A stretch of 64,000 nt of DNA, from the NCBI RefSeq assembly GCF_964194155.1, contig NC_135890.1:109058001-109122000 (forward strand), read 5' to 3'. Positions 25,763 through 39,660 of this stretch are shown piece after piece; positions within the stretch are counted from its first letter, which is position 1, and every line of letters starts with the position of its first letter. The notes under the pieces are model-generated. The model did no database searches, had not been told where the DNA came from, and saw only the letters and a list, made by a program, of their open reading frames with translations. A program made the translations under genes and the position numbers. The DNA comes from Cetorhinus maximus. Its lineage: Eukaryota.

Positions 25763-26079
25763 ACATGGTTTGAGATGGTTAACTCTCCAATTTTTCTTTC
25801 CTCTACAAGGAGAAACAGATGATCTCTGCAAAGCCTATAGTAGCATGGCTAAGATCAGTAAGTCATTGAGTAGAAAATAAGTTATACCTGGCATTTCCTC
25901 CCATCTCACTAACAGTGTGTCGAAATTCAAATACACAACTACATTTCTGTTTTATTATATAATTGCAGCAAAAGGCATCCTTTAGTTTAAAATCAAAACA
26001 CTCCGGATGCTGGAAATCTGAAACAAAAATAAAAATAGCTGGAAAAACTCAGGTCTGACAGCATCTGCGGAGGGGAAAA

Positions 26080-26120
26080 CAGTTAACGTTTCGAGTCCGT
26101 ATGACTCTTCATCAGAACTG
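26080..26120 (-). ncRNA. Minimal type I hammerhead ribozyme motif (mirror copy)
   Basis: Exact reverse complement of 26207-26247; lies on the transcribed strand of the host genes. Confidence 0.8.
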
Positions 26121-26206
26121 AGGAAATATAGAAATGAGGTGAAATATAAGCTGGTTGTCCCACCCCCCTCAACCAGCTTATGTTTCACCTCATTTCTATA
26201 TTTCCT

Positions 26207-26247
26207 CAGTTCTGATGAAGAGTCATACGGACTCGAAACGTTAACTG
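26207..26247 (+). ncRNA. Minimal type I hammerhead ribozyme motif
   Basis: CAGTT-CTGATGA-A-GAGTC-ATACG-GACTC-GAAA-CG-TT-AACTG: helix I CAGUU/AACUG, intact CUGAUGA and GAAA boxes, 5-bp helix II, palindromic ACGU in place of helix III, GUU cleavage triplet. Confidence 0.8.
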
Positions 26248-26767
26248 TTTTCCCCTCCGCAGATGCTGTCAGACCTGCTGATATTTTCCAGCTATTTTTA
26301 TTTTTGTTTCAGGCATCCTTTAGTGTTCGCCATATTCCTTGTTCACAGTCAACTGGGTGTCTCAGTGACTTGGCCCTTGAGGTCTACAGTGAAACTAGCT
26401 AGAAGACATCAGTGTTTTCCCAGTGGAAAAATGCCTGGACATCACTTACTCTTATCAACATGTACTTACACATCAGTTTAACCATTGTAAATACGCCCAG
26501 GGTGTTTCAAAAAGTAGCAGTCAGGCTTAACAAGGAGTAGTAAGGGTTGGCTGAGATGGCTGAAGACCTGGTCAGAAATCAGACTCATCATATCCACAAT
26601 ATTTTGGTTATTGGTGTGGTAATATACTGCCAATGTGGTTCTACAATCTTACTCCACCTTATTTCTAATTCTTTATGGATGACATTTATACAGCTCCACC
26701 CAATCCCATTTAAGGCTGCATCTCTGCAAGGTTTTACAGTATCACATGCAGTGAACGACTAAAGATG

Positions 26768-26890
26768 CTCTGAAGAAGGGTCATAAGGACTCAAAACGTT
26801 AACTCTCTTTCTCTCTCCACGATGCTGAGTTTTTCCAGCATTTTCTGTTTTTGTTTCAGATTTCCAGCATTCACAGTATTTTGCTTTCAG
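26768..26890 (+). mobile_element. Penelope pLTR fragment (CTGAAGA hammerhead variant)
   Basis: CTGAAGA-A-GGGTC-ATAAG-GACTC-AAAACGTTAACT; flanked by the duplication CTAAAGATG (26759-26767, 26891-26899). Confidence 0.8.
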
Positions 26891-28149
26891 CTAAAGATGA
26901 ATACTTGTTACAATCATTCCAGCACCATCCATTACAAAAATATTCACATTCTTGGAAAAGAAGTTAGTTCATTTTAATTTAAGTAATATGCATGTGTGGT
27001 TCTCTCTCTCTCTCACACACACTCACAATCCAATAATCAAAGGTTATACATGCAATGAAATAAAAGACAAGCCTGTAGTCTCCCTCAGCGACTTTAAATG
27101 CCAATAGAAGCCCAGGGTGTTGTGACCTATGTTACACAATGCACTAAGTGAAAGTTTACAAGTTTGATGATCTACCCAAGAGTTTGAAGATACCTGCTGT
27201 AGTCTGTTGAGATAATTACATCATCATTTGGCAGTGAAGTGATATTGAAGGACATGCGTTCAACTCCCTTTGCCAACTAATTCACAACCTCAACACTGCT
27301 GAGAGAAGCCAGATGCTTTCTGATAAGGGAAAAGAGAAAAGCCCAAGGACAGTTGTTTCTAGGCCACTGCTGCTGCTTCCCACTCCAGTCCGTCTGTTAA
27401 TACTACTTACAGGCCAGGGAAAGGTGTGGGGGGAGCAAGTCCTATTGGCCAGAAATATGCACAGAGAAAACACAAAACTTATACAAAACAATATTGTGTA
27501 ATACTAGTAATGAATTAACCTGATATCAAGGTTTGGTCTGCTGATCAAAACACTTGCATGTTTGTCACCAGTTTTATCCTAAGCCATGTGGCACTGCCTC
27601 TTCAAACATCGAGAAATCTTCACAAAAGCGATGTCCACAACCAAATGTCACTGCAAAAGCAAGAAAATACATTTTGAAGAAAAATCTTAACGATAAAATG
27701 TATTAGTGAATTTAACATAAGGTACTACTCCAATTTCAGTGTGCTCAGGGCCTGAAGCACACAAGCTATGCCCAATGCTTTATGACATTGCTCCAATCTT
27801 CAGTTAGATTTTCATCTTTTAGTAATTTTTTATTAATCTGCTTAATCAATTAACTTGCAGTAATGACATCACTGTTGGTAACCCCACAAAGCAAAAAATG
27901 TATTGTTGCAACCATTGCAAATTTTATTGCCGCCACAACACTTGTTTTTAAACTCAATTTTAAAAAAAATTATCTTTAAAAGAAAAATCAAAATTAACAT
28001 TTGTTGAAATAAAAGCAGAAAATGTTGGAACTTTTCTCTTTCAGACTAGGAGAGGTGTGTTTCTTACAATATCTCTTATATCATCATTCAGTTTTCCTTT
28101 TTGATTTTCAACAGTCTGAATGGAGGGAAATATGATGCCATTGTTTTTA

Positions 28150-28680
28150 TATTAGGTTTAGGGAAGCTATGTTAAACTTGTATAGAACACTGATTCAGCC
28201 TCAACTGAGTATTGTGTTCAGTTCTGGGCAGCGCCATGCTTTAGGAAAAATGGGAAGGCATCAGAGAGAGTGCAAAACAGATTCACAAGAATGGTTCCAG
28301 GGATGAGGAACTTCATAAGTAGTTAGATTGGAGAAGTTGGGACAATTTTCCTTGGATAAGAGAAGGTTGAGAGGAGGTTTGATAGAAGTATTTAAAATCA
28401 TGAAGGGTCTGGACAGAGTGGTTGGGAAAAAAGCGTTCCCATTGGTGCAGGGATTGAAAACAAAAGGGCACAGATTTAAGATAATTGGTAAAAGAAGCAA
28501 TGGTAAATGAGGAATAACATTTTCATGCAGCAAACGGTTAGGATCAGTAACGCGCTGCCCAGGTATGTGGTAGAGGCAGGTTCAATTGAGGCATTCAAGA
28601 GGAAATTGGATTGTTAGCGGAAAAGGAAGAATGTGCAAGACCATGGGGATAAGGCGGGGGAGTCGCACTAGTAGGGTTGC
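28150..28680 (+). mobile_element. CR1 LINE 3' fragment
   Basis: LEKLGQFSLDKRRLRGGLIEVFKIMKGLDRV...KGHRFK, the CR1 ORF2 C-terminus. Confidence 0.85.
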
Positions 28681-30039
28681 CAACTCTGGTTGTATATATT
28701 CCAGGAGACATTGGTAGAAGTAAAGTCACAGAAAGCCAGTGGCGTGAACAAGTTCTAAGGCAGCACAAGGGAGGAAAACAAGCCAACTTTAGGCAAACAA
28801 GATGAATTTGCAGCAAGGGTAAATAATGATTAAAGTTTAGAAGAAATAAAGCTTTACTCACACTTAAGGGGCTTGATGCATGGTTTCAAACAGAGATATT
28901 ATAAGCTGCTAAAACGGAGGAGAAAATAATTTTTTTCTCACTCTCTATCCCTGTTTTTAATGAAATGAAATGATCCGAAACTCTATATAAAAGCTGTTAT
29001 AAATCATAAGATCTAGTTACAATGGACCTTCAACAATTTTTTTGGCCAACTCATTGCTTATTGAAGAACTATGAAATAACAAATGTGGTTTCTGTTATGA
29101 AGGATATATCATTAATACTTTGTGAAGTCTTGAGCTTCATACACTTCAATAAATTTGCAGGGACAAGACACTCTATACAAAGAGTCAGAGCAGGACTCTA
29201 GGTGAGCAACTCTGACATACCTTCTCACAGACATCTTAAGACAGACACTAATAAAGGCTTAAGTGCATCTTGTTCCATCCCCTCCCCAGCCTCTGAGATA
29301 CAACATGCAGTTCTGCTTCAAATTCTATTTTCTTGTTATAAAATTGCTAAGGTACAAATAATTTCCCATTGATTTCACTAAGTCACATTACAGCAATTAT
29401 ACCAACACCTCTTACAGTTTGCTCAGACCCAAGTTCATGCAAATCTCCTAATTTCAGGCAACACCTCCTTTAGTAAAAAAAGACTAGAGGGGGTGAGACA
29501 AACAAGAGGACCGAAGCTGTTAGGTACAGTATAAAAAGAAACTACACTAGCAAGATCTATGTGGGTCACTTATTGGCAGTCCCCGATCTGGACCATGAGT
29601 ATGGTTTTTAGTTACTAACCTGACCTGTGTCTTTAAGGCCATCGCTCTAAATAGGAAAATGGATTAACAATTGCTTCCATTTCAATTACTGTTTTGCATC
29701 TGTAACCAAATGTGACGTTTTGGAATGTGATGTGAAACGCAGTTTATGATGGTTGTAAACTAGATGCCAAATATATATTGAATTTGTTTCAGTGTACAGT
29801 ATGAAATGCCCATGTTAAGGAGGAGATAACTGATCCAGTGGGAGAACAGTCTGTCCACCAGTCCAATCTTGAAACCTACCCTAGAGAATGGGGTTTGTTC
29901 AAAAGCCTGGACTGATCAAGAGTGCAAAATCAGCCCCAGGTATTTTTTAACAAATCTATCTTTGACCACAAATGTAAATATTGGCAACATGAGACCACGC
30001 TTCTAAAGATAGAATTTCTAACAACAGCCTCTGAAAGTA

Positions 30040-30243
30040 CGGGTACCAGACCCTTATTCGGTGTCCCAAAATCCGGAAGGGCCTGAAAACTGGCTACATT
30101 TGAAGCTGGTACCCTGGAATAAAATCCTTTTATTCTTCATTTTTCATAGATTTTCTGTACATGCTAGGCCTAGGACCCAAAATCCATTAAATCCCAAAAT
30201 CCAGTCTCAACCTGAGCTTTCCAGATATGGGGTTTGGCATCTG
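30040..30243. mobile_element. Tigger-like MITE
   Basis: Degenerate TIRs CGGGTACCAGACCC / CAGATGCCAAACCC with TA on both sides. Confidence 0.55.
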
Positions 30244-31534
30244 TAAACAGAATTCTACAATTCCTGTTCCAGTGGTGGACAGATTATACTACACATATTT
30301 AATCTGTAACATAGCTTAGAATTACCAATGTATAGCACAGGAACTAATCATATTGAGAGCTCGATTCTTAAAATGACACATTATCAAAAGAAATCAGAGG
30401 GAAATCATTTAAATTTTTATTTACATATCCATGCATAAAGTGCAAATATTAACCAGCACAGGTTCTTTCATTAAAAAAAACAGAATGTCCAAAAATAGAC
30501 TTTAAACAGTCTCATAAATCTCACCAAAGAACAGTCTTAAAAATGTAACACATAAAACAATACATAACTAAGATCTCACAAATGAACATGTACACAAAAG
30601 AAGAAAACACCCACTTGTCAAACGCAATCGCTGGGTCACACATGCAAGCTTTCAGGATCAGCATCCAACTGGAATACACCAGCTGTGCTCTTAACCACCG
30701 CCCCCCCAGTGCAGGTGGGATTGTTGGGAATGATGCAGAGTTTCCACACAGTCCCACTGGAACTAAATATATTTAAATACAATAATAAAATGTATTAAAT
30801 TCTTAATTATAGTTACAAGCATGATTGATTGATCCATTTACCTGAAAAACACTACTTACTAATTATCCTTAGCTGCTTGCACATAGTTAATAGGCATTAG
30901 TGTCTAGAAGGGAAATTGAAATATCAAGAGATAATTTCTGGTCTGTTCTGAGTTAGCTGTTCTAAGGGGTACAAAGTCAGCTAGATACCTCGCTTTGGAT
31001 CCCTACATTGACACCAGTCGAGGGGGGGTTGGTCTTCAGTGATGTTTCCCATTACTTAATAACTTGCTGAAATGTTTAGTCTCACATATGAAAACTGGGA
31101 CCTAGAATGTCTTATCAAACCTTATCCAGCATGAGCTGGCACCTTCAGAAAAAAGGAACGGAGAAAATTGTACAGAAATTGAAGAAATATAAAACATAGT
31201 TTTCATAATAAAACATCCACAGATTTACAGAAATATTCTGCAGACTGAGAACTATGAAGTGCATTAAGTAACAGGTAAACAAATTATTTCATTTAATTTT
31301 GTACTTAGATATTTTCTGTTTAAAAATGTACACAAATATTCAACATCTTCAAAAAAAAAGTTTGCTTGCAGTATCAAGCAGCCCCAAGTCAGGCAGGCAC
31401 AGCATGAATTAGAACAAAATAAAGCTTTGTCAACTCTATCCAACAGTGTATTTTGAAATGAGTCACAGGAAAACATCACCTATTGCATCATTATGACTTT
31501 CACCATAATAGTTAATTTAATGCCAAATCATGAC

Positions 31535-31870
31535 AGCAACAACTTGTATTTATATAGCACCTCTAACTTAGTAAAATGTCCCAAAGTGCTTCTCAGGAGT
31601 TATCAGAAATGTTTGACACCATGTCATATAGGGGATATTAGGGCTGATGAGAGGTAGTTTTTAAAGGAGCATCTAAAGGAAGAAAGAGAGGTAGGGAGAC
31701 AGAGGTTTAGGGTGGAAGTGCCAGAGCATAGGACCTAGGCAGCTGAAAACATGATTGCTATTGCTAGAGCAATTAAAATCAGGGATGATCAAGAGGTAAA
31801 TTGAAGGCTTGTAGGGCTGGAAGAGATTACAAAAATAGTGTGAGATTTGAAAACAAGGATGAGAATTTTA
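31535..31870 (-). mobile_element. L2 LINE 3' end; related copies at 45850-46050 and 59640-60240 (-)
   Basis: ACAACTTGTATTTATATAGCACC...CCCAAAGTGCTT terminus shared between the copies. Confidence 0.7.
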
Positions 31871-34800
31871 AATAAGGCAAAACATAACATAGGGGCACAA
31901 AATATTACTGAACTCTAAAGTATAGCTGTGCTTAAGGTTGATAACCTACTTGCCATAAAGACCCTAGGAACTTCAAATTCAAATTATACCAGATGCTTCA
32001 GTCAAGTGAGAAACATTTTCCAATCCATATCTATTTCAAGATTTGATCCCTGAAAGGGAAAATACTAATCTTCTGTCCTTTCCAGTTCCCATATAGTTTT
32101 TTTTAAGTAAGGGTTTACCTGTGGCATAGTTTGGAGCGCAGTTTAAATTGTTAGATGCTAACCAGGCTACTTCACAGTCACTCCATGTGGGAACAAGTGA
32201 TGTTAATTGGCTCCAAGGTCAATTAAAGGTTAATTATTGTGGAGGTTTCTGCAGATTGGTAACTACTTGCTACCCCTCATTTTGATTTTAACAACTTCAT
32301 TGGGATCTCGAGGCCATAATAAAAGAGGAAACACTAAGGTTACTTACTCTTTAAGCCATTTTAAGATTGCATCATCATCATTGGTCCTTCAATTTTGAAG
32401 ACAGCCAGAATATAATTTTTTGCAGCAAGTCCTTTGCTGACTTAAGAGATCTGTTTTTGCTTGGAATAGGCATCCATAGATTGAATAGTGGATTCTGGAT
32501 ATACCGGATTGGGAATCTTGATTTTTCAAGTGAGACTTCTTCAACTGGCCTTCACATTCAGCATCAGCAATATGACAAACTTCATTGCAGCAAGTGCCTT
32601 CATGAATGATTTATTTTGTGCTGTGCTTTCTTTTCTTAAGCATGTTGTTCCACTTATGAGTGTCTATTTTGCACTATCACAGAGATTTTGATTAGTTTTT
32701 ATATCTCTTTTGCTGAACACCACAAACGTCACTTCCCAGTTCTCAATACACCATGAAAAATAATTTTCGGGCTTTGCTTATCAGGCAGTCACATAATCAG
32801 CTCAGACGTTGCAAATGTCTGATGAATGAAAGATTGTATTAAACACATCACAACTGTGACAGACGACAAGGCAGATAGAAAAAGTTGTATCAATTGATGA
32901 TCTTAAGCAAAGGTAACAGAGGCAAATGACTGGAATAATTTTATCCGTTACGTTTCCTTCTCTAATTCTCCTCTGACTTTCTCAATTTAGCCACAGCTAC
33001 TCTTAAAATCCCAGGGCAATGCTTCTAAAGCGCCCATTCTTCATGTGAAAACCTGGACAGTGAGCACTGATGAACAATTCCACTGCAAGCAACCACAACC
33101 AGGCCAGCCTACCTAATGTGCACATGGGTGCACTTTACAGCAAGATCATAGGCTCGTGATCTAGCGCAGAGAATCCTGGATTGGGGTTTTGGAAATCATT
33201 TTTGGCTGATTAACTTATTCCTGATCAAACTCACACCATATAACAGCTAATCTATGGAATTTGTCTTAATTGTTATCATATATAGTATGTTTTACATGCA
33301 CTTTATTCTCTTAATTTAGTACAGAGCAGAATAATCTGATCACAATAAACCAGGTGTAGACTTATACTGGTTTGCTTCTATTGTGATACATTTAGTGAGA
33401 TACACCCTACTAACACAACTGTTCTGCTCCTGTTTCTAGTTAACAAAGTGTCCAAATGAAATCAAATTTTGTGCCAAACTACTTGGAGCTTCAGGTGACA
33501 TGAAATATTTATTCCATTAATTCCCAATTTACAATAGAAATTAGATACACAAAATTCAAGTCAAGGGTAGGAAATTAACAGGAAAACCTGTATGATTTGA
33601 AGCGAGTATCACCAGGGCAACTCTTTCAATAAAATCACTCACTAACAGCCACATCATGCCCAATGTTGCAACCAGATCCCCTCCTGTCCAAATTCAAACA
33701 TGACTAGAGATTTTGGCTCAACCAGAAATGGGATGGAAAATGCACACCTAGGACCTCGGTGTCAGGAATGAGGAGGAAGCTACAGGCAACACTGGCAGAA
33801 CTACGTAACTTGGAGATCCAGTTGGGAGGTCTGAGGTTAGCAACCAAGTGAATCCAATTGGAAAACCTCAATCCAAGGTAAACTGAATCATGCACAGAAG
33901 CATGACAGAACAGCTTGATAAATGGGCATGGATATAGCTCGAAAGGAAGCAGTAATAGTCATTTGATACAAATAAAATATATCCAGCTGTAATTTCCATC
34001 CTAATTCCAACATTACATTTCATGCCTTTTTTGACATTGATCAACTCAAATTTCATATTCAAAAAGATCATGGGCAATTTTCCTTTCAACTATGTTAAAG
34101 GTGAACATATTAAACCTTTATTAAGTTGATATTATGCTCTTTTATTTCTTAAAACTCAAAGCTCATTCATGTTTTCCAAACTTTATTGAACTGAGTCACA
34201 AAACTCCTTCTCAAAGCTACAATGATAGAACATACTAGCAGGCAAAACTTAACAGAACAATGGGCTCCCTTTAAAGAGAAGATGGTGCAGGTACATTTTC
34301 ACAAGGGGCAAAGGTAGGACAAACAAAGCCAGAGCTCCATGGATGACAAAAGAGATAGAGGGTAACATGGAGCAGAAAAAGTGTGTATAATAGATGTCAG
34401 CTTGATAATACACGTGAGAACCAGGATGAATATAGAAGCTCAGTGGGAAAGTGAAAAAAGTAATGAGAAGCAAAGCAAGAACATGAAAAGAGACTGGCAG
34501 CTAACATACAAGGGAATCCAAAAGTCTTCTTCAGGCATATAAATAGTAAAAGGGTAGTAAAAAGAGGGACTGGGCCACTTGTGGACCAAAAAAGAAATTC
34601 AAGTATAGAGGCTTGGCTGAGGTACTAATTTACTACTTTGCATTTGCCTTACCAAGAAAGAAGATGCCCAAGTCATAGAGAAAAGGAGGTATTTGAGATA
34701 CTAGATGGGCTAAAAATTGTTAGAGTAGGCATTAGAAAGGCTGACTGTACTTAAAATTTACAAGCCACCAGGACCAGATCAGATACATCCTAGGATATTG

Positions 34801-34965
34801 ATGGTTGAAATTGCGAAAGCATTGGCCATAATCTTCTAATCCTCCTTAGATACAGGGGTGGTGCCAAGAGACTAGCGAAAAGCAAATGTCACACCCTTGT
34901 CCAAAAAAGGGTACAAAGATAAGCCCAGCAACTACAGGCCAGTCAGTTTAACCTGGGTGATGGGA

Positions 34966-37900
34966 TAGAAACATAGAAAATAGGAGCAGGAGTAGGCCAT
35001 TCGGCCCTTCGAGCCTGCTCCGCCATTCATTATGATCATGGCTGATCATCCAACTCAATAGCCTGCTCCTGCTTTCTCCCCATATCCTTTGATCCCTTTT
35101 GCCCCAAGAGCTATATCTAACTCCTTCTTGAAAACATACAATGTTTTGGCCTCAACTACTTTCTGTGGTAGCGAATTCCACAGGCTCACCACTCTCTGGG
35201 TGAAGAAATTTCTCCTCATCTCAGTCCTAAATGGTCTACCCCATATCCTCAGACTGTGACCCCTAGTTCTGGACTCCCCCACCATCGGGGACATCCTTCC
35301 TGCATCTACCCTGTCTAGTCCTGTTAGAATTTTATAGGTTTCCATGAGATCCCCCCTCATTCTTCTGAACTCCAGCGAATATAATCCTAACTGACTCAAT
35401 CTCTCCTTATATGTCAGTCTTGCCATCGCAGGAATCAGTCAGGTAATCCTTCGCTGCACTCCCTCTATAGCAAGAACATCCTTCCTCAGATAAGGAGATC
35501 AAAACTGCACACAATATTCCAAGTGTGGTCTCACCAAGGCCCTGTATAATTGCAGCAAGACTCCCTGCTCCTGTACTCGAATCCTCTTGCTATGAAGGCC
35601 AACATACCATTTGCCTTCTTTACCACCTGCATGCTTACCTTCAACGACTGGTGTACGAGGTCACCCAGGTCTCGTTGCACATTCCCCTCTCTCAATTTAT
35701 AGCCATTCAGATAATAATCTGCCTTCCTGTTTTTACTACCAAAGTGGATAACCTCACATTTATCTGCATTATACTGCATCTGCCATGCATTTGCCCACTC
35801 ACTCAACTTGTCCAAATCACACTGAAGCATCTCTGCATTCTCCTCACAGCTCACCCTCCCACCCAGCTTTGTGTCATCTGCAAATTTAGAAATATTACAT
35901 TAAGTTCCCTCATCTAAGTCATTAATATATATTGTGAATAGCTGGGGTCCCAGCACCGATCCCTGTGGTACTCCACTAGTCACTGCCTGCCATTCGGAAA
36001 AAGACCCGTTTATTCCTACTCTTTGTTTCCTGTCTGCCAATTAGTTTTCTATCCATACACTACGCCAAATCCCATGCGCTTTAATTTTACTCGTCAATCT
36101 CTTATGTGGGACTTTGTTGAAAGCCTTCTGAAAGTCCAAATAAACCACATCCACTGGCTCCCCCTCATCAACTCTACTAGTTACATCCTTGAAAAATTCC
36201 AGTAGATTTGTCAAGCATGATTTCCCTTTTGTAAATCCATGCTGACTCTGTCCGGTTCTGCCAGTGTTTTCCAAGTGCTCAGCTATTAAATCTTTTATAA
36301 TGGACTCTAGAATTTTCCCCACGACCGATGTCAGGCTGACTGGTCTATAATTCCCTGTTTTCTCTCTATCTCCCTTTTTAAATAGTGGGGTCACATTAGC
36401 TACCCTCCAATCTGTAGGAACTGTTCCAGAGTCTAAAGAATCTCAGAAGATGACCACCAATGCATCCACTATTTCTAGGGCCACTTCCTTAAGTACTCTG
36501 GCATGTAGATTATCAGGCCCTGGGGATTTATCGGCTTTCAATTCCATCAATTTCTCCAACACCATTTCCCTGCTAATATTGATTTCTTTCAGTTCCTCCC
36601 TCTCACTAAACCCTGTGTTCCCCAACATTTCTGGTATGTTATTTGTGTCCTTCTTTGTGAAGACAGAACCAAAGTATGTATTTAGCTGGTCGACCATTTC
36701 TTTGTTCCCCATTATAAATTTCCCTGTTTCAGATTGTAAGGGACCTACATTTGTCTTCACCAATCTTTTTCTCTTTACATACCAATAGAAACTTTTACAG
36801 TCAGTTTTTATGTTCCCTGCAAGCTTACTCTCACACTCTATTTTCCCCTTCTTAATCAATCCCTTGGTCCTCTTTTGCTGAATTCTAAACTGCTCCCAAT
36901 CCTCAGGCCTGTTGTCTTCTCTGGCCAATTTGTATGTCTCTTCCTTGGATCTAATACTGTCTCTAATTTCCTTTGTAAGCCATGGTTTGGCCACCTTTCC
37001 TGTTTTACTTTTGCACCGGACAGAAATAAACAATTGTTGCAGTTCACCCATGCGCTCTTTGAACATTTGCCATTGCCTATCCACCGTCATCCCTTTAAAT
37101 AACGTTTCCTGATCCATCATAGCCAAACTCACGTCTCATACCATCGTAGTTTCTTTTATTAAGATTCAGGACCCTAGTCTCAGAATCAACTATGTCACTC
37201 TCCATCTTGATGAACAATTCTATCATATTATGGTCGCTCATCCCCCCAAGGGGCCTCACACAACAGATTGCCAATTATTCCTTTCTCATTACACAATACC
37301 CAGTCTAGGATGGTCTGTTCTCTAGTTGGTTCCTCAACGTATTGGTCCAGAAAACCATACCGTATACACTCCAGGAATTCCTGCTCTACGGTGTCGTTAC
37401 TAATTTGATTTGCCCAATCTATATGCAGATTAAAGTCACCCATAATTACAGATGTTCCTTTATTGCATGCGTCTCTAATTTCCTGTTTGCCATTCCCAAC
37501 ATCACCACTACAGTTTGGGGGTCTATATACAAACCCCAATAACGTTTTTTGCCCCTTAGTGTTTCTCAGCTCTACCCATACAGATTCCACATCGTCAGAG
37601 CTAATATCTTTCCTCACTATTGTGTTAATTTCCTTTTTAACCAGTAATGCAACTCCATCGCCTTTTCCTTTTTGTCTGTCATTCCTAAATACTGAATACC
37701 CCTGGATGTTCAGTTCCCATCCCTGGTCATCCTGCAGCCATGTCTCTGTCATCCCGACTATATCATACCTATTTACATCTTTTTGCACGATTAATTCATC
37801 CACTTTATTGCAAATGTTCCTCGCGTTAAGGCACAAAGCCTTAAGGCTTTTCTTTTTAACATTACTTGTCCCGTTCCCACTATTTTTCACTGAGGCCCTG

Positions 37901-39350
37901 TTTGATTCTTGCCCTTGATTTCTCTGCCTATCACTTTTATAATTCTCCTGTCTTTTGTTCTTGTCTTTGATTCCCCCAGCTCTGACCCCTTGCATAGGTT
38001 CCCATCCCCCTGCCATTTTAGTTTAAACCCTCCCCAACTACTCTAGCAAATATTCCCCCGGGACATTAGTCCCGGTCCTGACCAGGTGTAACCTGTCCAG
38101 TTTGTACTGGTCCCAATGTCCCAGGAATCTGAATCCGTCCCCTCATACCATCTCTTCAGCCACGTATGCATCCGATATATCCTGCTATTTCTACTCTGAC
38201 TAGCACGTGGCACTGGTAGTAATCCTGAGGTCACTACCTTTGAGGTTCTACTTTTCACCTTACTTCCTAACTCCCTATATTCTGCTTTTAGGACCTCATC
38301 CCTTTTTTTACCTATGTCGTTTGTACCAATGAATACCACGACCACTGGCTGTTCACCCTCACCCTTCAGAATGTCCTGTAGCCGCTCTGAGACATCCTTG
38401 ACCCTAGTGCTAGGGAGGCAATATACCATCCTGGAGTCTCGTTTGCAGCCACAGAAATGCCTATCTATTCTCCTTACAATTGAATCCCTTATAAGTATTG
38501 CATTCCCACACTTTTTACTCCTCCCTTGTGCAGCAGAGCCAACTGTGGTGCAATGAATTTGGCTGTTGCTGCTTTCCCCTGAGAGGCCAATCCCCTCCAA
38601 CAGTATCCAAAGCGGTATATCTGTTTTGCAGGGGAATAGTCACAGGAGATTCCTGCACTGCCTGCCAAGTCCTCTTGCTCTGCCTGGTGGTCACCCATTC
38701 CCTTCCTGCCTGTGGACTCTTCACCTGCAGTGTGACCACCTCTCTATATGTGTTATCCACGATACTCTCCACCTCGCAGATGCTCCACAGTGTCCCCAGC
38801 TGCTGCTCCAGCTCCGAAACCCAGGCTTCCAGGAGCTGCAGCTGGAGCCACTTCCCGCCCACACGCTGGCCTCGGGTTCTGGAAATGCTCCCGGCTTCCC
38901 ATATAGAGCAGGAGGAGCACACCACGCCTTTGAGCTCCCCTACCATGACTTACCCCTTTAAATTAAATTAAACCTTTTGGAAGATACCTAATATCAAATA
39001 ATATCAATTACTCTAGGGCCCTTGTTCCCTGCTCCTCGTTGTTACAGAATATAGCCCTTACAAACGATGAACCACAAAATAAGACCTTAAAAATTATAAG
39101 CGATAAAAGTATTAAATACTTACCCGACCATATTCATGGTACTCAAAGGATCACCTCGTTCCCTCCTCACCTCCTCCCTCAGTCACCAAACTCCAACTGC
39201 AGCCCAGAGCAGCACACCAGTGCAGAAAAAGTCAGCACTGTAAGATGGCCTGTTTTTATACTCTTTGAATCTAGCCTCTGAAAACCTGTTTAAGCCAATT
39301 ATCTAATTAACTAGTTGTAGCTGCAAGCAGAGCCTGCATAAACCCTGTTA
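34966..39350 (-). mobile_element. Near full-length younger CR1 LINE: ORF1 (Zn-finger + SGNH esterase) and ORF2 (APE endonuclease + RT), frameshifted
   Basis: ORF1 pieces 38515-38946 (CSSCSIWE) and 38043-38600 (DSIVR, VVVFIGTND); APE 37228-38016 (NARNI.NK, GMTETW, YRPP, MGDFN); RT 36041-36394 (YLDFQKAFNKVPH); TTCTATGT-type tail at 34966-34980. Confidence 0.93.
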
Positions 39351-39660
39351 GCTTTCAGAAATGATAATACAGGACAAAAGTAACAAATTACTGGTACAAG
39401 TGTGGATTAATTAAAGGAAGTCAGCACAGATTTGTTAAAAACAAACCATGTTGAACTAATGGAGTTTTCAGATGAGGTAAGAGAGAGGGTTAATGAGGGT
39501 AATACGGTTGATGTCAGGTATACAGACTTCCAAATGGTGTTTGATAAAGTGCCGCATAACAAGCTTGTCAGCAAAGTTCAAAGCCCATGGAATTAAACAG
39601 AAAGTGGCAGCATGGAAACAAAATTGACGGAGTGAAAGGAAAGAGCAGTGGTGAATGGCT

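Larger units (their letters stand above)
25987..26310. mobile_element. Near-perfect fold-back Penelope pLTR insertion carrying two canonical-core hammerhead motifs
   Basis: Arms are reverse complements around ~26160; perfect 14-bp TSD AGGCATCCTTTAGT at 25973-25986 and 26311-26324. Confidence 0.92.

Noticed and set aside
25982-26402. Mirror-image ORFs on both strands, and similar short ORFs at other pLTR copies
   Set aside because: Artefacts of the inverted repeats; not host genes. The repeats are dispersed without spacers, so they are not CRISPR arrays either.
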